Below, piece after piece: positions 1 to 8,656 of a stretch of 33,633 nucleotides of DNA (within the stretch, counting starts at the first letter, position 1; the number at the start of each line of letters is the position of its first letter). The stretch comes from a virus (Duplodnaviria; Heunggongvirae; Uroviricota; Caudoviricetes). The DNA lies in IMG/VR virus record IMGVR_UViG_2529292906_000021; one strand, written 5' to 3'. The translations under genes and the position numbers were made by a program. The notes below the pieces were generated by a model. That model was given only the letters and a program-made list of their open reading frames with translations, had not been told where the DNA came from and searched no databases.

Positions 1-1131
1 TCAAATGACCAGTTTTTTCCATTCCTTACCGCGTGCGTCGTTGTAAATATCGGTCATTTTTTGATTCGAATGGCCTAGCAAAATTTTGGTATCAACCCCC
101 TGCTCTCTGAACAATCGCTCTGATAAAGATCTCTGCTCATGGAAAGAGGGAGGGGTGCCATTAGCACGCCAGTTGTAATCCACAGAATCCCGGGCTTTTT
201 TAAATGCAACGGTTAATGTTGCTGGCTTAACCATCCCGCCGCGCTTAGCTGTCCCTTTCGCGTGATGGTGGTGCAATAGCCACGGACTAAGAACGCAATC
301 GCGGCAGGATGACACCACATCATCCAGGGTGAGATTTAATTTATCGCAACGCAGAGCCAGAGGGATGGCAATCCGGGTTCCTGTTTTTTGCTGTTCGACA
401 TGAAGATAACCATCCCGGATATCCGAAAATTGCATTTTGCAAATATCTGAAAGGCGCTGGCCTGTCATCAGTGCCAGCAGCATACCGCGCTGTAAAAAGT
501 AACCATCCTTTTCCGCTGCGTTATAAATCATCATCCACTCATCAAAAGTCAGTCGCTGTCTTGATATCCGCACCTGCGGTTTTTTTGCCGATTCTGCAGG
601 GTTAAAGCCTGGCGGGACATCGCCCGTTTGCTGAGCTTCCCGGAAAACATCGATCAGTACTTTCCTGAAAATTTGTCCCATTCTGTTATGTCCTCTGGCC
701 TTGTACTCTTCCAGTACTGATACCACATCTTTTACGGTTATGGCATCTAACCGTCTGGTGCCAAAACGTTCATCAAATACCCTGAGAGGGGCCGCTTTCT
801 GTTTCAGCGTGTTGAGTTTGATCTCGCCGTTTTCATATCTTTCCTGTTGAATTTTTCTGTAATTATTCAGAAAAATGGTAACGGTTGATGAACCGCCGGT
901 ATCACTAATAATTTTCTCCTGCAGACTGAGCATTTGTTCCATTTGCTGCCGGGCAAGACGGCTGTTCGCTTCTGCTGCAATAGTTTCTGCCAGTTTCTGG
1001 TCAATACTGCCGAGACCGTGATTTTTGCCTGTTATGGGATGCCTGTAACGCCAGTAAACTTTGTTATTTCTTTTGTCAAAATACGGAGATAATCCCGGAA
1101 CATCGGTTTTATATTTTCGCGGGCGCGCCAT
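1..1131 (-). CDS. int: Tyrosine-type phage integrase (lambda Int family)
   Basis: 376-aa ORF; C-terminal region (…FHEQRSLSERLF…LLGHSNQKMTDIY…) has the tyrosine-recombinase R/H/R/Y arrangement; the stop codon is bases 1-3 so the gene is complete; xis overlaps its start. att site would lie left of the window. Confidence 0.9.
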   Translation of the reverse strand: MARPRKYKTDVPGLSPYFDKRNNKVYWRYRHPITGKNHGLGSIDQKLAETIAAEANSRLARQQMEQMLSLQEKIISDTGGSSTVTIFLNNYRKIQQERYENGEIKLNTLKQKAAPLRVFDERFGTRRLDAITVKDVVSVLEEYKARGHNRMGQIFRKVLIDVFREAQQTGDVPPGFNPAESAKKPQVRISRQRLTFDEWMMIYNAAEKDGYFLQRGMLLALMTGQRLSDICKMQFSDIRDGYLHVEQQKTGTRIAIPLALRCDKLNLTLDDVVSSCRDCVLSPWLLHHHHAKGTAKRGGMVKPATLTVAFKKARDSVDYNWRANGTPPSFHEQRSLSERLFREQGVDTKILLGHSNQKMTDIYNDARGKEWKKLVI

Positions 1132-1357
1132 CTTCCAGTATCCTCTTCAAAGCAGGGTGATCTGTGGCGATCACCTCCGGCTTGTTTACCATTCCGACAA
1201 AGCGAGCTTGCGGATCCACTCGCCAGCGTCTTCCAACTTTTTTGGGGAGAGGAAATATCATTCCGGCTTTAGCGTATTTACTTAACGTACTCGGAGTAGG
1301 GACCGGTTCACTGAATTCCTCTTTTGCCCACTCAGTGAGCAGAATAAGTCTTGCCAT
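1109..1357 (-). CDS. xis: Excisionase-like small DNA-binding protein
   Basis: 82-aa basic protein immediately upstream of int and overlapping its start by 23 bp, the typical int-xis arrangement; family call from position and size only. Confidence 0.6.
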   Translation of the reverse strand: MARLILLTEWAKEEFSEPVPTPSTLSKYAKAGMIFPLPKKVGRRWRVDPQARFVGMVNKPEVIATDHPALKRILEDGAPAKI

Positions 1358-1421
1358 GGGCGTCGTTCGCTAATCATGGTCGCCGCCACTATAGCTGGTG
1401 GGCAACGACCGGGGTTGAACA

Positions 1422-3893
1422 TTAAAAATCAGCCTGACTCGGGATCAGTTTTTGCCAGATAACTGAAACGTATTTTGCCTGGTAACGGGCGTCATCAAGT
1501 GCATTATGGCGCTCACCTTCGAATGGAATAGCCGTTCTGGCATCGAAGTCTATGGCTTTCCCCAGCTCAACGATTGTGCGTACATCGCGATCGTTGTAGT
1601 AACGCCACGGGCAGGGGATCCCCTGCCGTTCGTATGAACGGCGCAAAATCGTGTTGTCGAAGTTGGCTCCATTTCCCCAAACCTGAACAAAAAATTCACC
1701 GGAGTTTTCGTCGATAAATTCCCGCAATTGTAACAGTGCATCATCTAACGGGATTTCATCGGTCATAATGGCAGATTGCGCTTCGCGTGATTGCTTAAGC
1801 CACCATTTAATGGTGTCCCGATCAATGACTCCGCCAGCAGTTTCCAGATCGATAGTCTTACTAAATTCCGGTCCCATATCTCCGGTTTGCGGATCGAAAA
1901 ATATTGCACCTATTGAGATGATCGGGGCATCAGGATTTTTTCCCATGGTTTCAAGGTCGATCATTAGATGGTCACACGTCCTGCTGGTGGATGTGATTTC
2001 GTGATGACCGTTCACCTTAATTGAGCGATCTGCCGTCTCGCCAGTTTCATTATCGCTATCGTGATGCTGATTGCCGCCAGTGTTCTCCTTGTGTGGATGT
2101 TCAGCGCCTTCCATTTCCTCCGGATCATCTTCCTGAACTTCAACCTGATACTCTTCATCGAATGTTTCCTGGTATGTTGCGTCGCCCATCACCGCGCCAC
2201 AATCAGGGCAGTTGCCGCCGCCGGTCTGACCGCAGGCGGTGCAGACTTTTTCCACTTCCTGTTGCGCCACTGGTTCAGGCTGTTTCGTTTCTGGCTCGTT
2301 TTGTAACGCATTTGGGCTGTTTTGTTCCGCTTTTTGGTAGTTCCGTTCCGATTCATGCTGGTTCTGGTTCACAGAATCGCGGGTCTGGATCCCCTTAACC
2401 CATTTCGGATCATTCGGGTCACTAATCCCTTCAACAAATTCACCACGTGATGCAGCAAGCAACTTATCGGCGTCAGGCTGGCTGATATTGGCTGCCTGCA
2501 TAATTTTGTTTACTTCGTCAGCGGTAACTTTTATCGGCTCTGGTTGTTCTGAATCTTCAGCGGTATCTACATTTTGCGGTAAGCCCGTGTATGTGCCATT
2601 TTTTCGGGCAAAATATTCTTCTTTTGTGATTTCAGTGGCGCCAGCAGCCAGTGCCTTATCCAGACCAGAAAGTTTGTTTGCGCGACCGCATTTTTCTCCG
2701 TCCTTATCTGCGAAGAGGAAATAGAACGGCCCCTCACGCTCTACAGATGGTTCAGCTTCCGGCGCGGTTTCATTTTTTGGGATATCAGATACCTCAGTTT
2801 CCACTGCATCAGTTTGTGTTTCTGATGACTGGAGAACATCAACAGTGCCCAGGTCTGTTTCTTCATTCTCAAACACGCCCTTTGTCGTCAGGTATTCGCA
2901 GATATATTTGTTCAGTGCTATGGGATCTTTGTGAATGTCGATCGGACGCTCACGGACAAGGCCAAAAATAGTCTGGCGGTCGTAGCGAAGGGCATCAGGC
3001 TGTTTGCGCATTGATGCCGAGATACGCTTCCAGTCTTCGCGGTCGTTGTCGATAACTTCATTTTTTGCCCAGCGATGGATGCTGCCGTCAATGTTTCCGG
3101 CATCCACATCACCAGGCCAGAGAGCGTAGGCCAGTTCGTCATCCAGTGTTTTCCATGTCTGCTTGTATTCGCGATGAATGGCAGCAATGACCGGGCTGAT
3201 TTTTCCTGTTGAATTTTCACTGTGCTGTTGATTGGTTCTGGCGCGGGCGAGATCAATAACAGACGTGTATTTTCCGGTTTCCTTGCGTTCACCTTCGCGA
3301 CGTTTTTTCCAGATGCGCATCTCTGCCTGAATTTCGGGCCATTTGGCACCAGGCTTACATTTATGCTTAACCCACCCGATGGCATGCAGCTTAAGCTCCG
3401 GATACATGGCGTTAACTTCTGGCATTTTCATCAACGCTTCAACGATATGTCCGTCGAATGTTGCCATGTCTTCCTGCAACAATTCCTGTGCGCTAATAAC
3501 CATATCAACGGTGATGTTTTCACATGTGTCGAACTTAACCATGACAGCGTTCTGTACTTCAGGGGCCAGCTTGTCAAAAGTGACGTTCATCGGATCTGAT
3601 TCAGTCTCAACCGGGACAAAGGAAGCAGACTCCTCATCCCAGCGGTTTTCCTGCATATATTCAGCATCCCAGGAATCGAGGGCAGGGCGGGGTATACCGG
3701 GTTTATCCTCGCAAACAAGAAATTTATAAGCGCAGTCCTGAGCTGCAGGGAATTGCTCCAGAAATTGCCAATGAAATTTTGCGCGTGCGCGACGCTCATC
3801 ACCGGCTTCAATGGCAGTGGCCACCGCAACAGCGCTATCTTCTTTTATGGCCTGTTCATCAGGAATAGCAGCGCAAATAAAGACCTTACTCAT
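1422..3893 (-). CDS. Large prophage exonuclease (exodeoxyribonuclease VIII-like), C-terminal DnaQ/DEDDh-type 3'-5' exonuclease domain
   Basis: 823-aa ORF. C-terminal ~180 aa has the motifs MIDLETMG…, …VWGNGANFDNTIL…, …HNALDDARYQA typical of the DEDD exonuclease fold. A CxxC…CxxC zinc ribbon (CTACGQTGGGNCPDCG) sits mid-protein. RBS GAGGT precedes the ATG. Confidence 0.75.
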   Translation of the reverse strand: MSKVFICAAIPDEQAIKEDSAVAVATAIEAGDERRARAKFHWQFLEQFPAAQDCAYKFLVCEDKPGIPRPALDSWDAEYMQENRWDEESASFVPVETESDPMNVTFDKLAPEVQNAVMVKFDTCENITVDMVISAQELLQEDMATFDGHIVEALMKMPEVNAMYPELKLHAIGWVKHKCKPGAKWPEIQAEMRIWKKRREGERKETGKYTSVIDLARARTNQQHSENSTGKISPVIAAIHREYKQTWKTLDDELAYALWPGDVDAGNIDGSIHRWAKNEVIDNDREDWKRISASMRKQPDALRYDRQTIFGLVRERPIDIHKDPIALNKYICEYLTTKGVFENEETDLGTVDVLQSSETQTDAVETEVSDIPKNETAPEAEPSVEREGPFYFLFADKDGEKCGRANKLSGLDKALAAGATEITKEEYFARKNGTYTGLPQNVDTAEDSEQPEPIKVTADEVNKIMQAANISQPDADKLLAASRGEFVEGISDPNDPKWVKGIQTRDSVNQNQHESERNYQKAEQNSPNALQNEPETKQPEPVAQQEVEKVCTACGQTGGGNCPDCGAVMGDATYQETFDEEYQVEVQEDDPEEMEGAEHPHKENTGGNQHHDSDNETGETADRSIKVNGHHEITSTSRTCDHLMIDLETMGKNPDAPIISIGAIFFDPQTGDMGPEFSKTIDLETAGGVIDRDTIKWWLKQSREAQSAIMTDEIPLDDALLQLREFIDENSGEFFVQVWGNGANFDNTILRRSYERQGIPCPWRYYNDRDVRTIVELGKAIDFDARTAIPFEGERHNALDDARYQAKYVSVIWQKLIPSQADF

Positions 3894-3988
3894 TTTGTTT
3901 TAACCTCATTACAGATTTCAGGGTGAACGAATCCCTGCCATTGCTGGCATTTTTAATCCGTTGGTATGGTGTTAATATGGCTGGAGGG

Positions 3989-4177
3989 TTATCCAGCCGG
4001 TGTTTCGTTATTCAGGTACAGCGATACTTTTTTTAGCGGGAGGCATTCACCAGAAATTTTTTGCTCGTCTCTTGCCTGGAGGCAGGATTCTTTACTTGCA
4101 TAAATTCCGGTAATCACATTCTGTGATTCACCCGTTATAAGAAAAACCGTCATCATCAGTGCAAATGCTGAAGTCAT
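3989..4177 (-). CDS. Small hypothetical protein with N-terminal hydrophobic segment (putative membrane/secreted)
   Basis: 62-aa ORF; GGAGA RBS 6 nt upstream; start overlaps the stop of the upstream gene (ATGA), indicating translational coupling; N-terminus MTSAFALMMTVFLITG is hydrophobic. Confidence 0.45.
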   Translation of the reverse strand: MTSAFALMMTVFLITGESQNVITGIYASKESCLQARDEQKISGECLPLKKVSLYLNNETPAG

Positions 4178-4362
4178 TGACGTTCTCCGAAAATACCAAG
4201 TTCAAGAAGAGCAATTCGGGAAAGTATGGAATTATCATTGAGCAGATAAGGCTCATATTTCCTCATATTAATGGCATCTTCAGTAAACTCCCGGTTACTG
4301 AGCAGAACACCAATATCAAAACAACCTTCAGACGTATTAACGTTTGGTAATAACGTTTCCAT
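4174..4362 (-). CDS. Small hypothetical protein
   Basis: 62-aa ORF with GAGGA RBS 7 nt upstream; first gene of a coupled pair feeding into the exonuclease operon. Confidence 0.45.
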   Translation of the reverse strand: METLLPNVNTSEGCFDIGVLLSNREFTEDAINMRKYEPYLLNDNSILSRIALLELGIFGERQ

Positions 4363-4933
4363 TATCGCGTCCTCAACAATGAATTTTGTGATGCAGTGCC
4401 TGGTGCCTCCAGGTGACGTTAACCAGTTAACAATTAACGCCGGGTTAGTTGATGCTCGTTACGCCCGTAAAATACCGCCTTACTGCTTTAACTGTTCCGC
4501 GTGCGCATAGCCGCATTCACCGCATCACAAAATTCACTTTAAAAAGGGCGGCAGAGCAGTCACGGAGTAAAACTGATACCGCCAAATGTCACCAGAAAAT
4601 TGATAACAGAGGGCGTTGTAGCGGGGTTGTCACTTAAGCGTATGGTCAACCTGACAACCCGGTGCATTTTCTGGAGCAATGGAGGAAACCCCAGCCATAC
4701 TTACCGCCGCGCCATTTCGCGGAGTGCCACAACCGGAAGCGCACGGTCGAACTAAATTTAACGACACCGTACAGAGAGACCAATTTCGCCGTGCGCTTTC
4801 GCGTTATGCCCTGACTTTTCAGGGACATATCCTTTCAGTAAGCTGTCAGTGCCGGATGCTCACCCGTGTCCGGCGCACGCACTCCACCTGACCCGTGGAG
4901 AACTCCTTAATTACCAACCCTCAGGAGGGTGAA

Positions 4934-5212
4934 ATGGATAAAAAGCAAATTGAGGCCCTGCAATCTATTATTGAAGAACAAGATGAAGCTATCAGGATTC
5001 TTTCATATCGCACTGATATGATACTAAATATGCTTTCTGCATTAACGGCTGCGCTTGGTGGTACAAAAACAAACGTATACCGCGAAGTTGTTATTCAACA
5101 GATAGATAAATTTGAAAAAACCATACCAGGTATTAATGCTCATCTTGCAGAACAAGAGAAAGACCATGCTCTTATGGCAATTTCTTCAGTAGCTCTCCCG
5201 AAAGTTGAGTAG
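4934..5212 (+). CDS. Hypothetical protein (moron-like, rightward in leftward early region)
   Basis: ATG at 4934 preceded by a strong AGGAGG RBS (the six-frame ORF extends to 4895); about 92 aa; no recognisable domain. Confidence 0.5.
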   Translation: MDKKQIEALQSIIEEQDEAIRILSYRTDMILNMLSALTAALGGTKTNVYREVVIQQIDKFEKTIPGINAHLAEQEKDHALMAISSVALPKVE

Positions 5213-5585
5213 TTTTAATTGTTGTTTTGAAATAATCACTGCTTTCACATTTGAGTGATTTCATGGCAATCCAAATGCGGGCCTCTGTGCCTGCATTTGG
5301 TTCCAGTTGCTGTAGACGTTTTGCGTCTTCCAAAAGTAAGGCGATAATGTGTTTCAGCTTCTCATCATTTGCTTGATTCTTGTTTTCAGGCGAATTCTGT
5401 CCGCCGAATAGGCGCTTCTCTTCATACAGACCTATAAAGGCACGACGCACGTTACCGGATATAGTATCGATGGTTTCCTTTTCTACGGTACTCAGGTCAA
5501 GAGTCGCCAGTTGAGAGCGAACCACATTCGATGCCATTTCCTGGAATGGTACTGGTAAATCTTTAAATTCCATCGTCAACCTCAT
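5172..5585 (-). CDS. Hypothetical early leftward-operon protein
   Basis: 137-aa ORF whose ATG overlaps the stop of the upstream gene (ATGA coupling at 5585); 3' end overlaps the convergent gene 4934-5212 by 41 bp. Confidence 0.5.
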   Translation of the reverse strand: MRLTMEFKDLPVPFQEMASNVVRSQLATLDLSTVEKETIDTISGNVRRAFIGLYEEKRLFGGQNSPENKNQANDEKLKHIIALLLEDAKRLQQLEPNAGTEARIWIAMKSLKCESSDYFKTTIKTTQLSGELLKKLP

Positions 5586-5818
5586 CAGTCAGTGTTTCTG
5601 GTTAACCAGCGACGCGCGCCAGCTTCAGTTTTAAACGTTTTGCTTCTGGTATACGTCATCGCGGTGAACGTACCGTCCTGGTTGGGGAACACGCCACATA
5701 CCAGAGATTCGCTGTTGCCAAGATCGATAGTATCCATGCTGACCTCATTTCCCCTTAACGCCGGGGTAGCGGAACAAAAACCTGCTGCATAGTTATTAAA
5801 GTTGAACCCTGCCGTCAT
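5585..5818 (-). CDS. Small prophage protein, DUF1391-like (YdaF/YdfA-type) - tentative
   Basis: 77-aa ORF, GAGG RBS about 9 nt upstream; first gene leftward from the immunity region; family assignment is from memory of the motif …MDTIDLGNSESLVCGVFPNQDGTFTAMTYTRSKTFK… and is uncertain. Confidence 0.55.
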   Translation of the reverse strand: MTAGFNFNNYAAGFCSATPALRGNEVSMDTIDLGNSESLVCGVFPNQDGTFTAMTYTRSKTFKTEAGARRWLTRNTD

Positions 5819-5912
5819 GTTCTTACGCCTCGGGCTGGCTACTTAACCCCTGACCACTGCCTGGTAACTCGAAGTATTGCCCTGCATTCTGTGGGGCGGG
5901 GTGGTGGCAGGT

Positions 5913-5958
5913 ATATAATGTACTTTTCGTTCATTGTTGTAAAGTACTTTTAGTACAC
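5913..5958 (-). promoter_or_regulatory. Putative leftward early promoter (pL-like) with repeated operator motifs
   Basis: On the minus strand: TTTACA (-35, 5943-5938) and CATTAT (-10, 5920-5915) with 17-bp spacer; perfect 10-bp palindrome AAAGTACTTT (5941-5950); the motif ATGTACT/AGTACA recurs here and again right of the repressor gene. Confidence 0.35.
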
Positions 5959-6023
5959 TTTGTGTGTAAAAAAATGAGATGGGATAAAGTGAAGCACAAA
6001 CCCGGAGGAAGGCGCTACCGGAT

Positions 6024-6452
6024 TTATGCTGGTTTAAGAGGCTTTTTGTTTTTCTTTCGTGCTAACTCTTCGTAAATTGCATTGTACTTCTGTTTTTTCT
6101 CTTCAAGAGTTTTTAAAAGTTCATCTGTCTCACTGTCAGGGAGCTCGTCCAGAAGGTCAATGATGATTTTTTGTCTTGGATTTAACTCCTGATAGAAACG
6201 TACCTGTCCACTTTCTTCTGTATCCTCTCCCAAAAGATAGGTTGGTGTTGTTCCTATTAGTGTTGCTAATTCCCTTAATTTCTCCCGGCGAGGAATTGTT
6301 TCGCCATTAAACCATTTGCTAACCGCTTTTGGTGTTAATTTCATTCGACGGGCAATTTCTGCCTGCCTTCCATGTTGTTCATAACCAGCGTTTTCACAGG
6401 CTAGCGCAAGCCTACTGGCGAACTCTTTACGCGCTTTATCTTCATGAACCAT
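6024..6452 (-). CDS. Prophage repressor, XRE-family HTH (CI/RacR-like)
   Basis: 142-aa ORF divergent from the Cro-like gene; N-terminal HTH (…QAEIARRMKLTPKAVSKWFNGETIPRREKLRELATLIG…); acidic/charged C-terminal tail; flanked on both sides by the repeated TGTACT motif. Confidence 0.8.
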   Translation of the reverse strand: MVHEDKARKEFASRLALACENAGYEQHGRQAEIARRMKLTPKAVSKWFNGETIPRREKLRELATLIGTTPTYLLGEDTEESGQVRFYQELNPRQKIIIDLLDELPDSETDELLKTLEEKKQKYNAIYEELARKKNKKPLKPA

Positions 6453-6531
6453 AAGTTCAATGATATTCGCTCTTGAATGTACTGTCAGTTCTGTTATAGC
6501 ATGTACTCAAAGTTCACATTGTGAGGGTGAT
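6453..6531. promoter_or_regulatory. Divergent immunity promoter/operator region (pRM/pR-like)
   Basis: 79-bp gap between divergent repressor and cro-like genes; TTGAAT (6473-6478) - 16 bp - TATAGC (6495-6500) on the plus strand; ATGTACT repeated at 6477-6483 and 6501-6507. Confidence 0.4.
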
Positions 6532-6786
6532 ATGAACCAGAAAACACTTGAAGATGTAATCAAAACTGTTCGCGTTGCTGTTGTGGCCGACGTTTGTGGT
6601 GTCAGCCAAAGAGCAATCTATAAATGGATGGATAACGGAAAATTGCCTCGCACAGAATATACCGGCGAAACAAATTACGCTGAAAAAATCGCTCTTGCAT
6701 CAAACGGATTATTTTCTGCCGATGCAATTTTAACTATTGGCAGGAATAAAACTACTACGAAAAAGCTGATGGGAGTTGATTCATGA
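6532..6786 (+). CDS. Cro/YdaS-like small HTH regulator
   Basis: ATG at 6532 with GAGGGTG RBS (the six-frame ORF extends upstream to 6460); 84 aa; HTH-like segment …VCGVSQRAIYKWMDNGKLP…; position directly divergent from the repressor. Confidence 0.7.
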   Translation: MNQKTLEDVIKTVRVAVVADVCGVSQRAIYKWMDNGKLPRTEYTGETNYAEKIALASNGLFSADAILTIGRNKTTTKKLMGVDS

Positions 6787-7208
6787 AAATCAAGCATGAA
6801 CACATCCGCATGGCGATGAATGCCTGGGCGCGTCCTGATGGCGAAAAAGTTCCAGCAGCTGGAATAACCCAGGCTTATTTTGAGTTGGGTATGACGTTCC
6901 CAGAACTGTATGACGACAGCCATCCGGAAGCCCTGGCTCGCAATACCCAGAAAATTTTCCGCTGGGTAGAGAAAGACACCCCTGATGCTGTTGAAAAAAT
7001 GCAGGCTCTGTTACCGGCGATCGAAAAGGCGATGCCGCCTTTGCTGGTGGCCCGTATGCGCAGCCACAGTTCTGAATATTATCGTGAGATCGTCGAACGG
7101 AGGGATCGGCTGGTGAAGGATGTCGATGATTTTGTTGCGTCAGCGGTTGTTTTGTATGACCAGATGAATCGCGGCGGCCCGGCAGGGAATGCTGTGGTGA
7201 TGCACTAA
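6783..7208 (+). CDS. YdaT-like prophage protein (third gene of a RacR-YdaS-YdaT type module)
   Basis: 141-aa ORF, ATGA overlap with the preceding gene, GGGAG RBS; the gene order repressor / Cro-like / ~140-aa protein matches the Rac prophage racR-ydaS-ydaT arrangement (recalled, not searched). Confidence 0.6.
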   Translation: MKIKHEHIRMAMNAWARPDGEKVPAAGITQAYFELGMTFPELYDDSHPEALARNTQKIFRWVEKDTPDAVEKMQALLPAIEKAMPPLLVARMRSHSSEYYREIVERRDRLVKDVDDFVASAVVLYDQMNRGGPAGNAVVMH

Positions 7209-7230
7209 AAGCACGGTGTTCGGGGGTTTT

Positions 7231-8193
7231 ATGAGCAGCAAGCTTCATGGTCTTGTCTGGGAAGGGTGCGCCTTCACCGGCATGATCTTATCCAGGGTGG
7301 CGGTTATGGCCCGTCTTGCAGACTACAGCAATGACGAGGGCGTGTCATGGCCTGCCATTGAAACTATCCGGCGTCAGATCGGTGCAAGAAGTGAATCCAC
7401 AGTGAAATCGGCTATTGCAGAACTGGCGAAAGAGGGCTGGCTGACGAAGGAAGAGCGTAAGGTCGGTGGGCGTAATGTAAGCAATATCTATCGGCTTAAT
7501 GTGGAAAAACTCGAAGCAGCTGCGGCGGCGGCGCGTGAGTCATATAAACCGAAAAGAAAAATTAGCCCGGCAAAAAATGACCCGTTAACAGTTGACCCGT
7601 CAAATATTGACCCCTCAACGGTTGACCCGTCAAATTTTGATGGATCAACTGTTGATAAAAAACTGCCGATTAGGGGGGCGATGATTGACCCCGATCCGTC
7701 AGTATTAAAACCTGATCCGTCAGATAAAAGATCTTCTTGTCCGGACGCTTCGCAACCGGACCCGCAGACGGCTGAACAGGATTTTTTAACCCGACACCCT
7801 GACGCGGTTGTGTTCAGTGCGAAAAAACGCCAGTGGGGAAGTCAGGAAGATTTGGTGTGCGCACAGTGGATCTGGGGACGAATCGTGAGTCTTTACGAGC
7901 AGGCGGCCAGCGATGATGGCGAGATCACTAGACCGAAAGAACCCAACTGGACAGCATGGGCCAATGACGTTCGCACAATGCGGATGCTGGATGGCAGAAC
8001 TCACAGACAAATTTGTGAAATGTTTGGGCGTCTCCAGCGGGATTCGTTCTGGGTAAAAAACATCATGAGTCCGGCAAAACTCCGGGAAAAATGGGATGAA
8101 CTGGTTATCCGCCTGGGGCGTTCGCCTGCGCAGCGTTGCGTGAATCACATTTCTGAACCGGACACTGAAATTCCGCCGGGCTTCAGGGGGTAA
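7231..8193 (+). CDS. Replication initiation protein (lambda O-like) with embedded origin iterons
   Basis: ATG at 7231 (the ORF can extend to a GTG at 7216); N-terminal winged-helix-like region; the central coding region contains 15-bp periodic direct repeats that translate to a DPSxx repeat (…TVDPSNIDPSTVDPSNFDGSTVD…), the classic signature of an ori inside an O-type initiator gene. Confidence 0.7.
   Translation: MSSKLHGLVWEGCAFTGMILSRVAVMARLADYSNDEGVSWPAIETIRRQIGARSESTVKSAIAELAKEGWLTKEERKVGGRNVSNIYRLNVEKLEAAAAAARESYKPKRKISPAKNDPLTVDPSNIDPSTVDPSNFDGSTVDKKLPIRGAMIDPDPSVLKPDPSDKRSSCPDASQPDPQTAEQDFLTRHPDAVVFSAKKRQWGSQEDLVCAQWIWGRIVSLYEQAASDDGEITRPKEPNWTAWANDVRTMRMLDGRTHRQICEMFGRLQRDSFWVKNIMSPAKLREKWDELVIRLGRSPAQRCVNHISEPDTEIPPGFRG
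7577..7666. repeat. Origin-like iterons (about six 15-bp direct repeats, consensus TTGACCCGTCAAAT) followed by an A-rich stretch
   Basis: Repeats begin at 7577, 7592, 7607, 7622, 7637 and 7652; followed by GATAAAAAACTG and two copies of TGATCCGTCAG (7692-7732); several GATC sites. Confidence 0.55.
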
Positions 8194-8233
8194 GTGTTAA
8201 TTTCTGGTCATGAGGTAATTTTCAGGAGGGCTT

Positions 8234-8656
8234 GTGGCAAAAGTTTTTACACAAGAAGAGCGGGAAAAAATTAAAGGGCAGGTTGTTGAACTCGTACGCC
8301 AGAGTGGGCGCGAGACGTTACGACAACTGGAAACTAAAACTGGGGCAACAAGATATCTGATGAGCGTTCTGGCCAGAGAGCTGGTTGCCAGTGGCGATGT
8401 ATACAACTCTGGTTACGGGTTATTCCCGTCTGAACAGGCGCGTAAGGACTGGCAAAATGCCCGTAAAAAGCTCTCAAGGGCAAAGCCGAAGAAACCATCT
8501 GCGGTTGATCCGGACCTTATCTGGTCATTACCAGATGGCGAAATACGCCGCTACGACAGGCGTCTGAACATAATCTGTCTCGAGTGCCGGAAGAGCGAAG
8601 TTATGCAGCGCGTACTGGCGTTTTATCAGGGGAATTTTGAGGAGGTGGTGCGGTGA
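8234..8656 (+). CDS. Hypothetical protein (replication-region)
   Basis: GTG start 5 nt after a perfect AGGAGG RBS; 140 aa; no recognisable domain. Confidence 0.55.
   Translation: MAKVFTQEEREKIKGQVVELVRQSGRETLRQLETKTGATRYLMSVLARELVASGDVYNSGYGLFPSEQARKDWQNARKKLSRAKPKKPSAVDPDLIWSLPDGEIRRYDRRLNIICLECRKSEVMQRVLAFYQGNFEEVVR

Noticed and set aside
2021-3729. Multiple plus-strand ORFs of 80-155 aa
   Set aside because: All lie inside, and antisense to, the 823-aa exonuclease gene, which has a convincing C-terminal DEDD exonuclease domain and RBS.
6790-7248. 152-aa minus-strand ORF
   Set aside because: Antisense to the YdaT-like gene; Pro/Ser/His-rich low-complexity translation typical of spurious frames.
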